Below are positions 42,162 through 56,713 of a DNA stretch of 64,000 bases, piece after piece (within the stretch, counting starts at the first letter, position 1; each line of letters begins with the position of its first letter). The notes under the pieces are model-generated. The model worked only from the letters and a program-made list of their open reading frames with translations, searched no databases and had not been told where the DNA came from. This DNA comes from Octopus sinensis (Eukaryota), in contig NC_042998.1 in assembly GCF_006345805.1 (NCBI RefSeq), positions 13,702,001 to 13,766,000 of the forward strand, given 5' to 3'. Made by a program: the position numbers and the translations under genes.

Positions 42162-42657
42162 CAAATACAGTATTAAAGCATACAAAGTTCGAGTCGCAGA
42201 TGACGTTTTATTTTAATATCGGATGAAATTTATTTGCCAGCTTTGTGTATTCTAACAGAAGAAAATGCCAGATTTCGTGATTATACAATCGAAAATTTGT
42301 AAAAAAAGGATAACTAAAACGTGGGTTGCATTGAATTTGACATTCTTTATGGCGTTCAATGTGAATATATGAAAATGCAGCTCTATGAGAGATTTAGATG
42401 GGAAGACCAGAGCAGAGAGATGTATGAAGTTTGGCTCATCGTTCGATACAGGAAAATGTCTAGAGAAGAAAAAAATGGATGAGGCAGATAGTCGGGTGCC
42501 GTGTGTCATTGCATGCCGCAAAAATAACTGACTGGATGTTGGTAAGAGACTGCGAATGTACTTTTGAAGCCTGAGAATACAAAGATAGCCATAGTGTGTG
42601 TGATACCTCTGTGTGTTTCTGTGGACTGTATGGGATACCTGTGTGCGTGTGTGTGGA

Positions 42658-43049
<392 letters not shown>

Positions 43050-43249
43050 AAGCGTGTCTGTGTGTTTCTCATGTGAGCGTTTGTGTCGGTGTTTATGATG
43101 TGCTTTTGAACGTGCTTATGATATGTAAACGTGCGTGTGTGCAGTGGATGTATACCGCGTGTCTGTGTGAGCATGTATGTGTGTGCGCGTGTGCGTATGT
43201 GTGTGTGTATGGAGTAAGTTATATATGTCGGTGAGTGGAAGTTAAAAAT

Positions 43250-43830
43250 GACAGGAAACAGACGAAAGGAAGATATGAGAGAAGGGAGTTGGAAGATGTT
43301 ACAAGAATGATGGGATGTCAAGCCCTAATAATGCGTAAAATCGAAATGTCTGATGGTTGTACTTTCGTGACCTATGGGCAATGAGGTGTTTGTTGCAGTG
43401 ATTGAAGGTAGAGAAGTGAGGTTATATTTTTGAGGCGGATAAATCCTAAATTTTCAGTAAATGTATCGAGTAAGCGGCATTGAGCATGTCCCAGATATAC
43501 CCGCAAGGGGTGCATTTGAGACCATAAATGATGTTAGAAGAGAGACTGGAGAAGAAGAAATAGATGTGAATTATGCGATGGTTAGTTCCTGTGAGGGAAA
43601 TCATGTTGACGATCGTGATTGTATGGAGGTCTGAAGCTAGATAAGAATCCGCGATGGGTGGGAGGGGGGAAGATAGGTCAGGAAGGTTTCGGGTGTCTCT
43701 GAAAATGAGTTGGAAGGCCCATAGGATTGACTTATGCAGGGACAGTGTAGAGCGGCGGAAAAGGAATGGAAATGGGATGCGATTGGGATACGGGCGTGGG
43801 GAAGGAGAGCGGGCTGATTTACGATCAAGT
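43250..43830 (-). pseudogene. Penelope-like element remnant, GIY-YIG endonuclease region
   Basis: Minus strand SNIIYGLKCTPCG, frameshift to YIG, then RLLDTFTENL..IR; upstream RNLPDL-like motif; pyrimidine-rich 3' part. Confidence 0.65.
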
Positions 43831-43902
43831 GATTGTGTGTGTATGTTAATTTATATACATAGACACAAACATATATGTATGTAGACACACACACATATAT
43901 AT

Positions 43903-43957
<55 letters not shown>

Positions 43958-44062
43958 AATGTGTGTATATATATACATACACATGCACCCACGTAGGAAC
44001 GCACACAAACATATATATATATATATATTGTGTGTGTGTGTGTGTCTACATACATATATATA

Positions 44063-44128
<66 letters not shown>

Positions 44129-45534
44129 TACATGTATATAAATACGATTATTCGCAATATCTAGATATGTGCACGTGATATATTGGTAAATATATAAGGC
44201 AGTTATTGTTTCGCATTTCTACATTTATAACAATAAAAATAAATCAGGATTTCTGAATCACCTGCCGCATTACATATTACGTGTTGGATAATTATTACTA
44301 TAAAATATTTAGTTTTCGTAATACTGTTTACTTCCGTCACAATATCAATAACAACCTCATACCTGGAATAATTCGCTGTTTGCATTTATTTACGTTACTT
44401 TACATATTGATATAGCATGTCGTTATTCCGTTGCATTGATATATATAGGAAACGCTATTGTTCCAAAGGAAATAGAAAATATTCGAAAAAAGCAATAGTA
44501 AGCATCAAATAAAATATCTGTAACTTGAAAAGAGTCACGATTTCAATATAATGTTTAAGAAATACTATTTTCACTAAAATCGCGTGGAAACACATATATA
44601 CATTCCCGCAGTTACAGACACAAACGCATATACATGGGTATGTATATGTCTCTATATATATATGTATTTATGTGTATGAATATTACACACACACACACAT
44701 GTATATATATATGTATACACCTACATACACACATACATGTTTGTATGCATGTATAGTTTATCCGCACCACAAAGACCGCGCATGTGCTAGTAATTTGGCT
44801 TCAAGACTAATAGAAATCGCGACACATGCTGAATGCGATGTAAAATATTATATTTCGTACTAGTAGTAACATCTGACTAATATTTACAGCAGTGGAATTG
44901 TTTACATAATATTCCATCACTGTAAAAGCTAGTCTTTTTCGCAGATCAGCTAACTTAGAATAAAATAATCATTTTGAAAACGATCGATCTTTACCATGTG
45001 GTAAGTAACTTCAGAGTCAGTTTTCAGCACGTTGGACAAGTTTCATATGCGATATCATTGTTCTGTAAAGATGTGAATTGAATAAGAATAGGCGTAGACA
45101 TGTTGAATTAAGTTGCTTTTTTTTCTAACCATATGGCTTCAATGCTAATGCGCGTCTACAATAGCCCCTGCCTTCGTAGGCCTTGTCAGTGGTTTTTGTT
45201 GAGAAAACTGAAAGAATCCCGTCGTATATAAATATACGTATATACCTGTTTACTTACGTTAGTTTTGTATTACTGTTTGTTAGTTCCACGATTTCCTGAG
45301 GACCGATTTCGTTTTGTCAATGTACCTATGTTTTCGTATATCGGCAATAGAGCAATATGGAAGCAATACCAGGCAAAAGCAGATAAGCAATATTTAACAT
45401 ATTGTGAATATTTCCAGGTATCCGATCTTGTATACACTTTATCGTAGCATGTAGTAGATGTACACATCTACATGCTACAGCATCTATATTTATATGTATA
45501 TATGTTGGCATACATAGATAAAAATATACACACA

Positions 45535-45924
45535 TCTTTATATATAAAAGTCAAGTTGTGTGTCTGTCTCTTACGATTTAGATTCCTAACTACTCCCACA
45601 TTTTGCCGTGCAGTGTAACCAAAAGCGGGTATCTTATAGTCGTGATTCATATCGAGCCCTTCTGGGTATTAGCGCGCGTCTACGATGAGTGTACGATTTA
45701 AAAAAAAAAATTACCATAATTTTTCCGTGTTTTTAATGCATTTTCGCTAGGTTTATATAAGAGAAGTAACTCTCTAAAATTTATTATTAAATCTCAGAAC
45801 GTAAAAAGCTACAGTAACGCCCCCCTTTGTGGTTAGCCATATTGAGATGGCTATTATACTTTACATATCTTGTTATATAGTTATTTCCCTTACAAACCCG
45901 AGCAACGCCGGGTGATACTGCTAG
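45535..45924 (+). mobile_element. non-autonomous Helitron, 390 bp
   Basis: 5' A|TCTTTATATATAAAAG; 3' hairpin ACCCG-agcaacgc-CGGGT (45896-45913), then CTAG|T at 45921-45925; A|T insertion site without TSD. Confidence 0.85.
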
Positions 45925-45962
<38 letters not shown>

Positions 45963-46549
45963 CGCATGTGTAATTAAATTAGTAAAATGCAGATTAGTAT
46001 TTCCTCTCATATATGTTCCACCGTCTTTCATTATAAATTTTGTACTTGATTCATTTTTCGTAATCTAATACTGCAACACAAAACAAAGAATAGTAGTCGG
46101 TTTTATTTCTTATGTTGTATCACATATAGAACCAAATCCTTTCAATGAAACTATTACTTAAGCGCAAGAATAGTTACAGAAATGTTATACAATAGGACAC
46201 TCATAACATCAGACAACAGACTGGGAATAGATTGCAAGCAGATTTTAAGTAACATTTTAATACACGTCGCTGAACATACAGATAATATTCTAAATGATTT
46301 CGTCGCTGTTGTGTGTCCGGATTTATATCCGATACGCGAGGTCTACGATCGAATGTATTACACAAGCTATCATCCCAATATTTAATCATTCAGTTAACTT
46401 CAAACTCAATATATAATCTTATATCGGAGAGCCTTATAAATTGCTTAGGTTAAATTTCAGACATTTTATTTCAAAGTAAATGGCCAAATATTCTCAAGGA
46501 TACCGTCCTTTGTGACATATGTGTGTATATATATATATCGTTGGCGATT

Positions 46550-46715
46550 TTTTTCCTCTGTCTTCCCTTCTCTGGATCTTTCCTTCTCCTATGTTTCCGA
46601 CGAAGAGCTCCGCTCAAAACGTTATACCTCCTTCTTTCCTTCTTTCCTGAGCGTCCAATAATACTATATTTGTTACACGTCCTCGCGTTGTGTTCTTTTG
46701 TGCTTTCATGTTTGG
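46550..46715 (+). mobile_element. hammerhead-bearing pLTR-like unit, third family (degenerate)
   Basis: Pyrimidine tract, then gttt-CCGACGA-a-GAGC-tcc-GCTC-AAAAC-GTT-atac; downstream ttcctgagcg motif shared with the 22264 unit; (TA)n flanks. Confidence 0.6.
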
Positions 46716-46717
46716 AT

Positions 46718-46760
<43 letters not shown>

Positions 46761-46761
<1 letters not shown>

Positions 46762-46994
46762 TCCTTTTCAAGCCCAGCCAGGATCATGGGCCCGGTTTCC
46801 CGGTTTTTATCGCGTATGTGTTCCCTGCAGCTGAACGGGACGCTAATCCATCGCAGCGTTACTCAAGAAACAGAAAGTGTGAGAGAAAGTTGAGGCGAAA
46901 GAGTACAACAGGAATCGCCACCAACACCTGCCCGGTCTGGGAATCGAAACCGCGATCCTCCGATCGAACGACCACTGGGCCATTGCGCCTTCAC
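46761..46994 (-). mobile_element. SINE family C2, internally deleted
   Basis: Head gtgaaggcgcaatggcccagtgg...ggtttcgattcccagaccgggc; tail shared with the 60951 copy (ccggtttcccggttt). Confidence 0.8.
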
Positions 46995-47461
46995 ACACAC
47001 ACACATTTCTCTAAGTTCGATGGTTCCTGGGTTTGTCGTGAGTATATATGTAATATATTAGCATGTATCCAAAATGACATTAACCAATGGATTCATAGAT
47101 AACAACGCTCTTAATTTTTTGCTGTGCTTCCTCTTTTCAAATGCATGGATACTTTTACTTACGTTGGTAATTTTTACTTTCATATCTTATTTACTAATTT
47201 ATATTTGTACTAAATTGTGTACTGCAGAGCAGATAGAAGCAATTAATAATTAACAAGTTCTGATCTCGATTAGATTATAATTGCGTCATTTTAACATAAT
47301 TTCATGTATTTTGTTAGTAACATTAACTTCATGAATATAACAATTTCCTATAAAACATGTGTTACCATACAATTTACTTGCTCATACAAACACAGAGACG
47401 CACACAATATTCTATCTATGTATCTGATTATTTTCTGTACACACACACACAAACACACAAA

Positions 47462-47496
<35 letters not shown>

Positions 47497-47666
47497 ACAT
47501 ATAATCTATATATATATATTATATATATATATATAAACATTGTCTCACTTTGGATGTTTGGTTGAGAATAATACCTACGTGAAATATGTGTCCGTGTTTG
47601 TGCATGTATGTATATATATATTTATGTAGGTGTGCATATGCGTATATATACGTATATGTATATAAT

Positions 47667-47724
<58 letters not shown>

Positions 47725-48654
47725 GTGCTTATATGTGAATGTGTGTGTGTGTGTGTGTTGCTTATATGTGAACGTGTGTGTTTATTTGTGTGTATCTGTG
47801 TGTCAGTGTGTCCGTGTGTAAGAACAGAATTTAAAATTATTCTGGAAGTTTCTGGAAGTTTTTTAACACAATATATTGATGATCTCGAGGTCAGATCAGT
47901 GTATCATTAATCAGTAATCTTACCTTATATTGTGGAAAATCTTTGATATTTTAATGGATTCTGTTTAATAAAAGAAACAGAATAAATAAATATTAATTGG
48001 GAATAAGTTCCGGTTCATGTAACGTCTGCTCAAATGTTTCATCTTTTATCATTTGTCTTGTCTGTCTCAGTTGATTTTCTTTACGGAATAAAAAAAAACA
48101 AAAAAAACACCAAAACAAAATTAGTCATTTTGCTTCTATTTGTTTCTTTTGTCATTGAATCTCATTTTTCTTATTTTATTCAAAATTATTTTTAAAAATC
48201 TATCTGACGTATCTTAGACAACTATTGAAATTACAATGTGGCTTGCATAATCCGAAAATTATTTGAAATGTTAAAGCCAAAGAATAATAATTCGCTTCGC
48301 TTTCGCGTTAGCAATCTTATATATATATATTAGTAAAACAAAAAAAATGCCAAACGAAATGTCTGGCATTGTGGATTTTCCATCATTCAGTTTCCGAGTT
48401 CTAATGCTTAAGTTGATGTTAAGATAAATAACTATGTCTATTCCCTACTATATTTTGATTCTTTAATCTTGCAGTTATTTGTTTCGAGGGAATGTTTCGG
48501 AATTTTGATGTTCATAGCAAAAAGAATTAAAATGTTTCTTACCTGTTACTCTACTGATTGTTGCAGTCCTCAGGTAATTTGCAATGATTATGCTTCCACA
48601 ACGTACCCCTAAATCCTCAAGTGTGTAACTAGTAACTATGCTGTTTCTGTTACG

Positions 48655-48674
48655 ATAATAATAATAATAATAAT

Positions 48675-48736
<62 letters not shown>

Positions 48737-48935
48737 TAATTCTTTCTCCTATAGGAACAGGATTTAGAACTTGGGGGAAAGTTATAACGACACAAGTACT
48801 TGAATGTTACTTACATGACAACAATAAGAAGATATAGAATAAACCAAAGAGAAAAAGAAGAAGAAGAAGAAGAAGAAGAAGAAGAAGAAGAAGAAGAAGA
48901 AGAAGAAGAAGAAGAAGAAAGAGGAGGAGGAGGAG
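48655..48935. repeat. (AAT)n and (GAA)n(GGA)n arrays
   Basis: Direct reading; 48655-48735 and 48855-48935. Confidence 0.95.
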
Positions 48936-49204
48936 GAGACGATGCTCTTGATTCCGAGAATTTGAATTTACGGAGACGATATTTACATATCGCCTGAGGA
49001 AATGCATCTAGATCTAATAACGCAGGAAAAAATGTTCTATAGCTAAATACCTGCAAGCCTGGAGAACTACGTTGCGTAGAAAAAGTTGTTATAGTGATTG
49101 CAAATAAATGTCCAACTGTACTCCTTCCTGTTGACTCCAATCCATTATTATTATTATTATTCACACAGACACATAGACACATAGACACATAGACACACAC
49201 ACAC

Positions 49205-49282
<78 letters not shown>

Positions 49283-49489
49283 GTAGAAATATGTTACAAA
49301 AAGAAAATATAAAATACACGTAGAAATGTAAGGGTAAAATATGAAAAATCAACGAAAATGCACATTGCAAATGAAAGAAAAGGCTATTTATGATAGCTAA
49401 CGACAAATATATACATTTAGATGGACTGAGGTAGTAACAAGAGTCATAAAATTCATTACTGCGAGATGATTATAAGATGATAATAATAA

Positions 49490-49870
49490 AGTAAGAGAAC
49501 AAAGCGAACCATGGTTTCGGCAAGAAGTTATTCATCGCTTTGAAAACACCGGCTAACACACGGTGTGAGGTCTAATAGTTCCTGAGAAAAAAGTTTATTT
49601 GTAAGGCAGGTAAGTAGTTCTGGACTATTTGTAAAGGAGGTAAGTAGTGCTGGATTTAGAGATGTGAGTGGTGTAGGAAGTTTATAGGGGTTAGTGGTTT
49701 CAATTGAAGAGTTAGTGCTGTTCTGTATTGAGTTGTGTGTTCATATTTAGTTGGGGGCGAAATTTATTGCTGAAAAATGCCTCTTTATTCAACCTTTGTT
49801 GACTAGATATGAAAGGGGATGGTCCTATTAAAATAAAATCGCATGTGGCAAGTGAGTTATCAGCCGTATA
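49490..49870 (-). mobile_element. Penelope-like 3' remnant: endonuclease C-terminus plus degenerate hammerhead
   Basis: Minus strand LNKEAFFSNKFRPQLN, then about 200 nt later CAAAGCG-ATGA-ataacttcttgcc-GAAA-CCATGG-TT-CGCTTTG. Confidence 0.65.
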
Positions 49871-49956
49871 GGTAGATTAATAAGATATATACTCATATAT
49901 ATATATATATAGAAATATATACATACACACACACACACACACACAACATATAATAT

Positions 49957-49995
<39 letters not shown>

Positions 49996-50076
49996 TAATA
50001 TATATGCATTTATGTATATATGTATGTATCTATCTATTATGTATGTGGTTATATATATGTAAAATAAATATGTACG

Positions 50077-50141
<65 letters not shown>

Positions 50142-50146
50142 AGGAT

Positions 50147-50229
<83 letters not shown>

Positions 50230-53200
50230 GGACAACTACATAACATTCAAGTGAATGCAATCTGAAGTGCATCATTTGTAATTTCGGGATTTCTGTCAAA
50301 CATGATATCTAATCATGAAGATGAATATAGATTGGGCTTTAATACAGGATACGACTAATTATATGATGATAGATATCTCTTCCTGTATATATTATCCTAA
50401 TCTAGCTTTATTTACCAGTTAGAAATATGGACACGTACAAGATTTCCTCGAAGAAAGAAGTAAAATCTTTCTAAATTTTATTAGAAATTATTTTGCAGTC
50501 ATTGAATGGATCTATGTTGATATAATCTCCACTTATAATGGCATTTGTTTGTAACTGGTGCATGGTTAAAAAAAAAACACAGACAAACGAACACTCGACC
50601 TGATATGTTAATAAATAAATAAAAATACATTTCACAAGCAGTTCTGAGATTATGCAACCATGTTAATACACACTCATACATATACAAACGAAATATTTTT
50701 ATACACATACTTGTAGATCTTTATGAAAATATGCAGATATACTTATGCTTGTGAAATCACTCTTCAAATAAATATGCATGCATACATTAATGTATATACG
50801 CATATAAATGTATGCTTGTATGTGTATGTTTGTATGTGTTTGCGCATACCTGTGAATATATATTCGATTAATGCAGCTGTCTTCCCCTGTAATATCATAG
50901 GTCTTGCAATATATTATTCTCACTTCTAAAGATTTTTCTTTCTGAATCATACGAATAGATTATCTAAATAACTCTTGCGTTTTTGCATGATATCCGTTAC
51001 CAATTCCATACAAAGGACTATAGTTTCCAATTATCAAAGTAATGCTTGTACTTATGATTAATTCGATATTGCGTATCATGTTATTCGATACAAAAATCCA
51101 CAAGTTATGAAATATTTGATCATCAGTACATTCAACCTGAACTGGTTTATTTCTGATCCATCAACGTATGGAAGAATACACCGGCCGAATAACTAATGAG
51201 ATAAAATGATTAATCATAAATCCAAGCTTTTATTCCGAACCCAGATCTATAAGTATTCAGACAAGTAAGAATCATGAAGCTTAACATATGCTTTCATGAA
51301 CATTGAAACCTGGTTATCTTTTCGCTCTCTGTGTTATTTCAAAGAGAATATACTAACTACTTAAGTAGACATGCTGTTGCAGCTTTTCAACACTTTCTTC
51401 TGTTACATGAATCATACCCTATTATATTTATAAAATTGAACCTACATAAATAGCGACATTTCATAAGAGTTTCTATAATGTATTTAATATGGTTCGTTCC
51501 TGTTCTAAGTCAATGGCTTTCCCCGTTCTGGAAGTGGTAAAATAAGTCCTTCTAACATAGACAAATTCCACTCACCGCATATAAAATTTCCCTTTCTACC
51601 TAACAATAATTAAGGAGACTTTTTCTCAGAGCGAAAAGGAATGAAGAACCAAATCTTAAATTAGATTTAAACTTTTATTTTTTGTCCGCATATGAATAAT
51701 CCATTTAACTAATACATAAATACGACACAAAATTTTCGGTTCGGCATGATAATGCTAAGGAGTTTATACATTATCAGATAAGTTATAAGATTTTGACTAC
51801 GAGCCAAATATAATTATTTATTATTAGATGAATGTACATAAAATAGATTTAATTTATAATTGTTTATATAAAAACATTCCACTACTTTTATCTGTACACA
51901 CCAGATACACGCACACACGCGCTCACTCACACACAGATACACACAAAATACATAAACAAACAGTTGTCATTAATGTGTACTGATAGAAACACCTACGCTC
52001 AAACTCAGACACCCAGATACACCTTACTGTACTTGTTATGTCGTGTTGCCAGTGTTCTATTTAGATAACCTTATCTATAAAACGGAATCAAAATTAATGT
52101 CGTCAATATGAACTTAATGAAACTTTTCTGAGTGCAAGTTTGAAATTAATGAAACAATATCATTATCATCTAAAAATTTATGCTTGACGATTGGAAAAAA
52201 GACAGATTACGATACGTGCATTGCTACGGGCCTCGCTTGTATATACAAATTTATTTAAATTATTCTACCATAGCTCAGATATTTAAACAAATTTTTCAAA
52301 CTTTGAAATTCTTTTTTTAAATTATACATAAATATCTTCTGATAACGTGTTTCGATCCACGAGAATATCAATATAATATAAGCTTACAACAATTCTTCTT
52401 GTCGTTGCGTTATTTAGCCCGTCGGTAGCGCTTTCACGGGCTTAGAGAAAAAGAGGGAAAAAGAAACGAAGGAGAGTAAAAACGTGGGCAGGAGAACAGG
52501 AGATAGATTTGTCCATGATGTGAGGTAGCAATAATGTAATTGTAACGCTTTCACGTGATTAGCTGAAGGGAAAGGGAGGAAAAAGAAAAACGGAGGGGGA
52601 AAAAGAAGGTAAGAGTGAGAGAGAAAGAGGGAAAAAGAAATACAGGAAGAAAGAAAAAGAGGGAAAGTCAAGCATCTATGACGTGAGTTAGGTAGAATGT
52701 AATATTTATTATGTGGTTAAAAAGTTAGTCGAAGGTAGAGGAGGAGAGTGAAAAATATAATTTTAGCAGAAGGGTGATGCTCTGATGAAGTTAAAGAAAT
52801 GCAGAGAGAGTGAGAGAGAGAGAACGAGAGAGTGAGAGATAGGAGGAGAAAAGAGAGTGAGAGAGATAATGGGGTTGATGGTGGTGATGGAGGTGGTGCT
52901 GGTGGTGACTGGATACCGAAAAGTGTTTAGTTTTTTTTTTTTAATTGAACTATTTTTTTATATCACCTATCACATAACGCATGCAGTTAAGTGCAATTCC
53001 GTGAAATATTCAGGCTAATTTACGTGGCAGATATATGTAATTTAACTAAAGGTTATATCATAGGTACGAGATATGGTTTTCTGTTTTTGGGAATAACAGA
53101 AAAATAAGAATGAATATATACTTTATGCGTGCTATGTATTAAGTCTATAAAATTGTGCATAAAGTATATATGGTATATATATAAAGTGCATTAAGTAATC

Positions 53201-53837
53201 ATCGTATTCCATTTTCTTTGACTTTCAGTAATCATTGTATCCCAATTCCTTTCACTTTTCTATGAGTTCGAGATGAGCGGCTGTATTTCCGTACAGACAC
53301 AACGTAGGCTACAGTTTCGGGTATTGTGGATACATTTTCGGAAATAACCCCAACAAAATACCATTAACTCCGTGAAATTTTCACGGGTCCTGTTAGTGTA
53401 ATATAATATATTACAATATAACCTAATAATATTGTAATCTAATAATATTGTACAGCGGGGAAACCAGATTGAGTGAGTGCTAGAAAAAATGCAGTAGTTT
53501 CACTTTAAATTACACTGAATTATGTTTTCTACTCTAAATAATTTTATTTTACTTAATTACACAAACATAACACAAGTCCACTACAGTAATTGCTGTGTAT
53601 ATTACATTGTTTAATTAATCTATTACTTAGCCCCATATGAATAATTTGATTTACCAATATATTAGAAAATGCAACATCAATGCAATGTAAGATTTAATTA
53701 TATGCATTGGCAAAGGAAATACTTGTAATATGTCCTATTAACCGACTCTATTGCCTATAAAAGTCGCGTCAAAAAATTATAAAACGATGAAAATATATAG
53801 AAAGAAATATATAACTTGATAATTCATGACTGAAAAT

Positions 53838-54054
53838 ATTCTTTTCTACTCTAGGCACAAGGCCCGGGATTTTGGGGGAAGGGGGCCAGTCGCTTAGATC
53901 GACCCGAGTACGCATCTGGTGCTTAATTTATCGACCCCGAAAGGATAAAGTGCGAAGTCGGACCCGGCAGAATTTGAACTCAGAACATAAATACAGACGA
54001 AACACCGCTAAGCATTTCGCCCGTCGTGCTAAAGTTTCTGCCAGCTCGCCGCCT
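53838..54054 (-). mobile_element. SINE family B variant
   Basis: Minus strand aggcggcgagctggcagaaactttagc head, ctgagttcaaattc, cctttcggggtcgataaattaagcacc core, cctagagtagaaaagaata tail. Confidence 0.88.
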
Positions 54055-54563
54055 CCACGACAGGAAATTTTATCATTGTAAAAAATTATTTAGACGTGTA
54101 TCATCCTATCAAAATAAATGGACAATGAATGTAATATTTGATAAAATGTATGAAGAAAACCATTCGACTGCATTTTGTCTCTTTCTCTTTTCCCTCCTTT
54201 ATGTCTTTATGTATTTTTCATTATTCTCTTATTCATTTACGAGTGTTGTAGGCCACCAAGTCCTGTTACATATGCGAAATCATTCATGACACTACATTTG
54301 CTGCTTCATTCATGAATATTAATATATATTTAAATCTGTAACTAGATGACATCTGGAATGCCTCAGTCTTTTAACTCAATATGGTGCAGTCACGACTTGT
54401 AATGTTTCTGTTTTATAATTTTGTACTGAAAAGGATTAGACATTTCTCTGTACTAAAACTATTGTGGAGATGTATATTGTACTTTCAAGCAGCTGATTCA
54501 CTGACAATGGATGTATATATACATTATATACACACGTACGTACATACATACACACACACATAT

Positions 54564-54608
<45 letters not shown>

Positions 54609-54642
54609 ATATACATGCATACATATATTTGTATGTATGTAT

Positions 54643-54788
54643 AAATCATTATATCATTAAAAATGTTTTAGCCCGAAGGCCGCGGCCATGCTGGGGCACC
54701 ACCGCTGAATGAGCTACACTAATTTGTGAATCCACCTCTGATACGTGGCACTTGATCAACAAGGAGTTCGATGCTGCTGCCCGCATCT
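54643..54788 (-). mobile_element. 3' end of the CR1-like LINE seen at 8424
   Basis: Near-identical to 8424-8570. Confidence 0.88.
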
Positions 54789-55656
54789 GCTTTTATGTGC
54801 TACTATTAAATTCATGTTTGGAGGACAGGCGAGACAGCATTTTCACAGGCCTGGTATCGTAGCCCAATTATCAGGTGCTGCTCAGAAGGCATAACCAACT
54901 AAAAATAGGACGATAGTCTTAAAGAAAAGGAGAGAAAATAATAGATATAAAAGATGGAATGTTGAAAAATGAGAAAATGAGAAAAAAAACAGAAAGAAGC
55001 AAAAGAGGGGAGTTAGATTTATTTTAGAGTTCGTAGCCTTCAACATTACCTTTCCACATATCAGCTTGGCTTATCCATTCCTCTAAAACTGCTCGGCTTC
55101 TCCCAGAATTTGAAACCCTTGTTACATACATTTTACTAAACCTACTTATATAAGTCTGTAGTTTCATTTAACATAAATTCAAACATTTTCTATTAAATTT
55201 AAAATTTCTCCCTCTATTTCCATAGGAAATTTTAGTATTCATTTGATGTCCAAAATCTAGTAAATATTCAAAAGCAATTTTATAACATTTTTCTGTTCAG
55301 CAATCGAAATCATATGCATTTACATCATGATATTCATTATATTCTAAATTTTTATTTTCCTTTTAATCACGTTTATACATGTTTACATTAAACTTTTTTG
55401 TGGTTAGTCTTGGTATGAACCTATTGTATGTATATATTTATATGTGCGCGTGTGGGTGTATGTGTATGTATAACGTGTGTGTATACATGCATACTTACGT
55501 ATATTTGTACACAATCATATCTGTGTGTATAAGTAGTTTTCGTGTGTGATTGTCTTTGTATAACAATACACAGGTATGTCGCCTTGTTAATGGCAAATAA
55601 TTATAGAATACTATTATATATATGTGTATGTCTAAAACATATACAGAGACATACAT

Positions 55657-55712
<56 letters not shown>

Positions 55713-55819
55713 GATATATATGTATATATGTATAAATATGTATACATTTGTATATATATACATATATGTATAAATATGTATATATTTGTATATATATACA
55801 CATAAATATCTCTACATAA

Positions 55820-55858
<39 letters not shown>

Positions 55859-56618
55859 TATATGTGTGTGTGTGTGTGTGTTTGTATAGTATTATGGCAT
55901 ATGTAATAGACTGTTTCTATGTTTAAGGAAAGAAATGAAATTATTTGAACTTCATTTATGGTAACGTGCTCTAAATTTTTAAGGTGATACCAATAGAACT
56001 TTATATAAAAATTGCAATATTATATGACGAATGTAGCATTTTAACTTTTTTCATATAAACGACATTTGCTGTTTCGGTAATTTTTCATTTTATTGAAAAG
56101 TATTTATGGCAAAGCAGAGAGTACCTCTCTTGATTACCCATATTTCTTTCAATAGTTTCCATTGTCAGTATGGTATATGAATACATAACGATTAGGCGGA
56201 GAAAGGAGCACGTATGAAAGTTGGCTCAAATATTTTGACATACGAATGCTTGCCTCTTGGCTGTTGTTTAAATGTCTGGGGGGGGGCAATATCTTTAGTT
56301 TCAGTGTGATGAGTATGAAGCATTTTTATCCAGACAATTGATGTGTATCATAATACTTGCTGTGACTGAGTATTTAAAATAAGCACTAACATTTCTAGAG
56401 CAAGACACCTACACAATCTAGCCATAGGAGATTACGTTTTATGGGTATCAAAGCAGATGACTTTCATCTTACTAAGGATACCCTGGAATATGAACAGTGT
56501 ACACATTGTGTGTAAGCTTGAAACTGATGCACTGCCATTGAAGGACGTAGTCATGGCAGCGGTGATCTTTTTGATCTTAGGTCAGTGGCTCCCTTAATTA
56601 TCATCCTGTTTAATTACT

Positions 56619-56713
56619 AATTGTTGTTGACAGTTCCTAATTGTTATTGACAATTCATAATTGTTGTTGACAGTTCCCAATTGTTGTTGACAATTCTTAA
56701 TTGTTGTTGACAG
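56619..56713. repeat. 20-bp minisatellite, about 4.75 units
   Basis: aattgttgttgaca(g/a)ttc.. starting at 56619, 56639, 56659, 56679 and 56699. Confidence 0.92.

Noticed and set aside
53668-53685. aatgcaacatcaatgcaa, near-complementary to miR-33
   Set aside because: No precursor hairpin, and a match of this size is expected by chance when many miRNAs are considered.
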